Shown in pieces: positions 63,056 through 64,000 of a DNA stretch of 64,000 nt. Positions within the stretch are counted from its first letter, which is position 1, and each line of letters opens with the position of its first letter. Position numbers and translations under genes: made by a program. The notes beneath the pieces are model-generated. The model made no database searches. It was not told where the DNA came from and saw only the letters and a list, made by a program, of their open reading frames with translations. Source of the stretch: the human T2T-CHM13v2.0 reference genome, Homo sapiens; assembly GCF_009914755.1 (NCBI RefSeq), contig NC_060946.1. One strand, written 5' to 3'.

Positions 63056-64000
63056 GATGAATTATCTTATGATTTATTTGTGTACTTATTTTCAGACGGA
63101 GTCTCGCTCTGGGCGGGGCGAGGCGAGGCGAGGCACAGCGCATCGCTTTGGAAGCCGCGGCAACGCCTTTCAAAGCCCCATTCGTATGCACAGAGCCTTA
63201 TTCCCTTCCTGGAGTTGGAGCTGATGCCTTCCGTAGCCTTGGGCTTCTCTCCATTCGGAAGCTTTGACAGGCGCAACCCCACCCAGAGGCTGGCTGCGGC
63301 TGAGGATTAGGGGGTGTGTTGGGGCTGAAAACTGGGTCCCCTATTTTTGATACCTCAGCCGACACATCCCCCGACCGCCATCGCTTGCTCGCCCTCTGAG
63401 ATCCCCCGCCTCCACCGCCTTGCAGGCTCACCTCTTACTTTCATTTCTTCCTTTCTTGCGTTTGAGGAGGGGGTGCGGGAATGAGGGTGTGTGTGGGGAG
63501 GGGGTGCGGGGTGGGGACGGAGGGGAGCGTCCTAAGGGTCGATTTAGTGTCATGCCTCTTTCACCACCACCACCACCACCGAAGATGACAGCAAGGATCG
63601 GCTAAATACCGCGTGTTCTCATCTAGAAGTGGGAACTTACAGATGACAGTTCTTGCATGGGCAGAACGAGGGGGACCGGGGACGCGGAAGTCTGCTTGAG
63701 GGAGGAGGGGTGGAAGGAGAGACAGCTTCAGGAAGAAAACAAAACACGAATACTGTCGGACACAGCACTGACTACCCGGGTGATGAAATCATCTGCACAC
63801 TGAACACCCCCGTCACAAGTTTACCTATGTCACAATCTTGCACATGTATGCTTGAACGACAAATAAAAGTTAGGGGGGAGAAGAGAGGAGAGAGAGAGAG
63901 AGAGAGAGACAGAGAGAGACAGAGAGAGAGAGAGAGGAGGGAGAGAGAAAACGAAACACCACCTCCTTGACCTGAGTCAGGGGGTTTCTGGCCTTTTGGG
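58490..64000. other. Proximal IGS of unit 2 (Alus, microsatellites, start of LR1 at ~63527); truncated by window edge
   Basis: Colinear with ~13140-18689. Confidence 0.95.

Overview
Human (hominid) ribosomal DNA tandem array, about 1.4 repeat units on the + strand. The period is 44,613 bp (position 1 = position 44,614 = about +916 of the 5'ETS). Unit 1 covers a partial 5'ETS, 18S (2746-4614), ITS1, 5.8S (5683-5839), ITS2, 28S (7008-12072), 3'ETS, a Sal-box terminator block and a complete ~31 kb intergenic spacer (IGS). The IGS holds Alus, two Long/Butterfly repeats, CT-rich tracts, a CDC27 retro-pseudogene, the RGC p53 site, a CTCF-like site and T0/spacer terminators. Unit 2 has a complete Pol I promoter (TSS 43699), a full 47S region (18S 47359-49227, 5.8S 50294-50450, 28S 51619-56657), a duplicated terminator (R) repeat and the start of its IGS. 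I support no protein-coding gene: the ORF track is GC-rich or microsatellite noise, apart from CDC27 pseudogene fragments. I see no wholly new biological system. The most interesting observations are: (1) the adjacent units encode different 28S rRNAs, including a 27-nt ES27L deletion; (2) they carry one versus two R repeats, and the single copy is a mappable chimera; (3) the CDC27 retrocopy seems to come from an intron-retaining, intronically polyadenylated transcript with a visible target-site duplication (TSD); (4) many independent IGS Alus share the same TAATCC>TCATCC change; (5) a dispersed ~200-bp IGS element carries RFX X-box-like and CTCF-like motifs. All coordinates were counted by hand.
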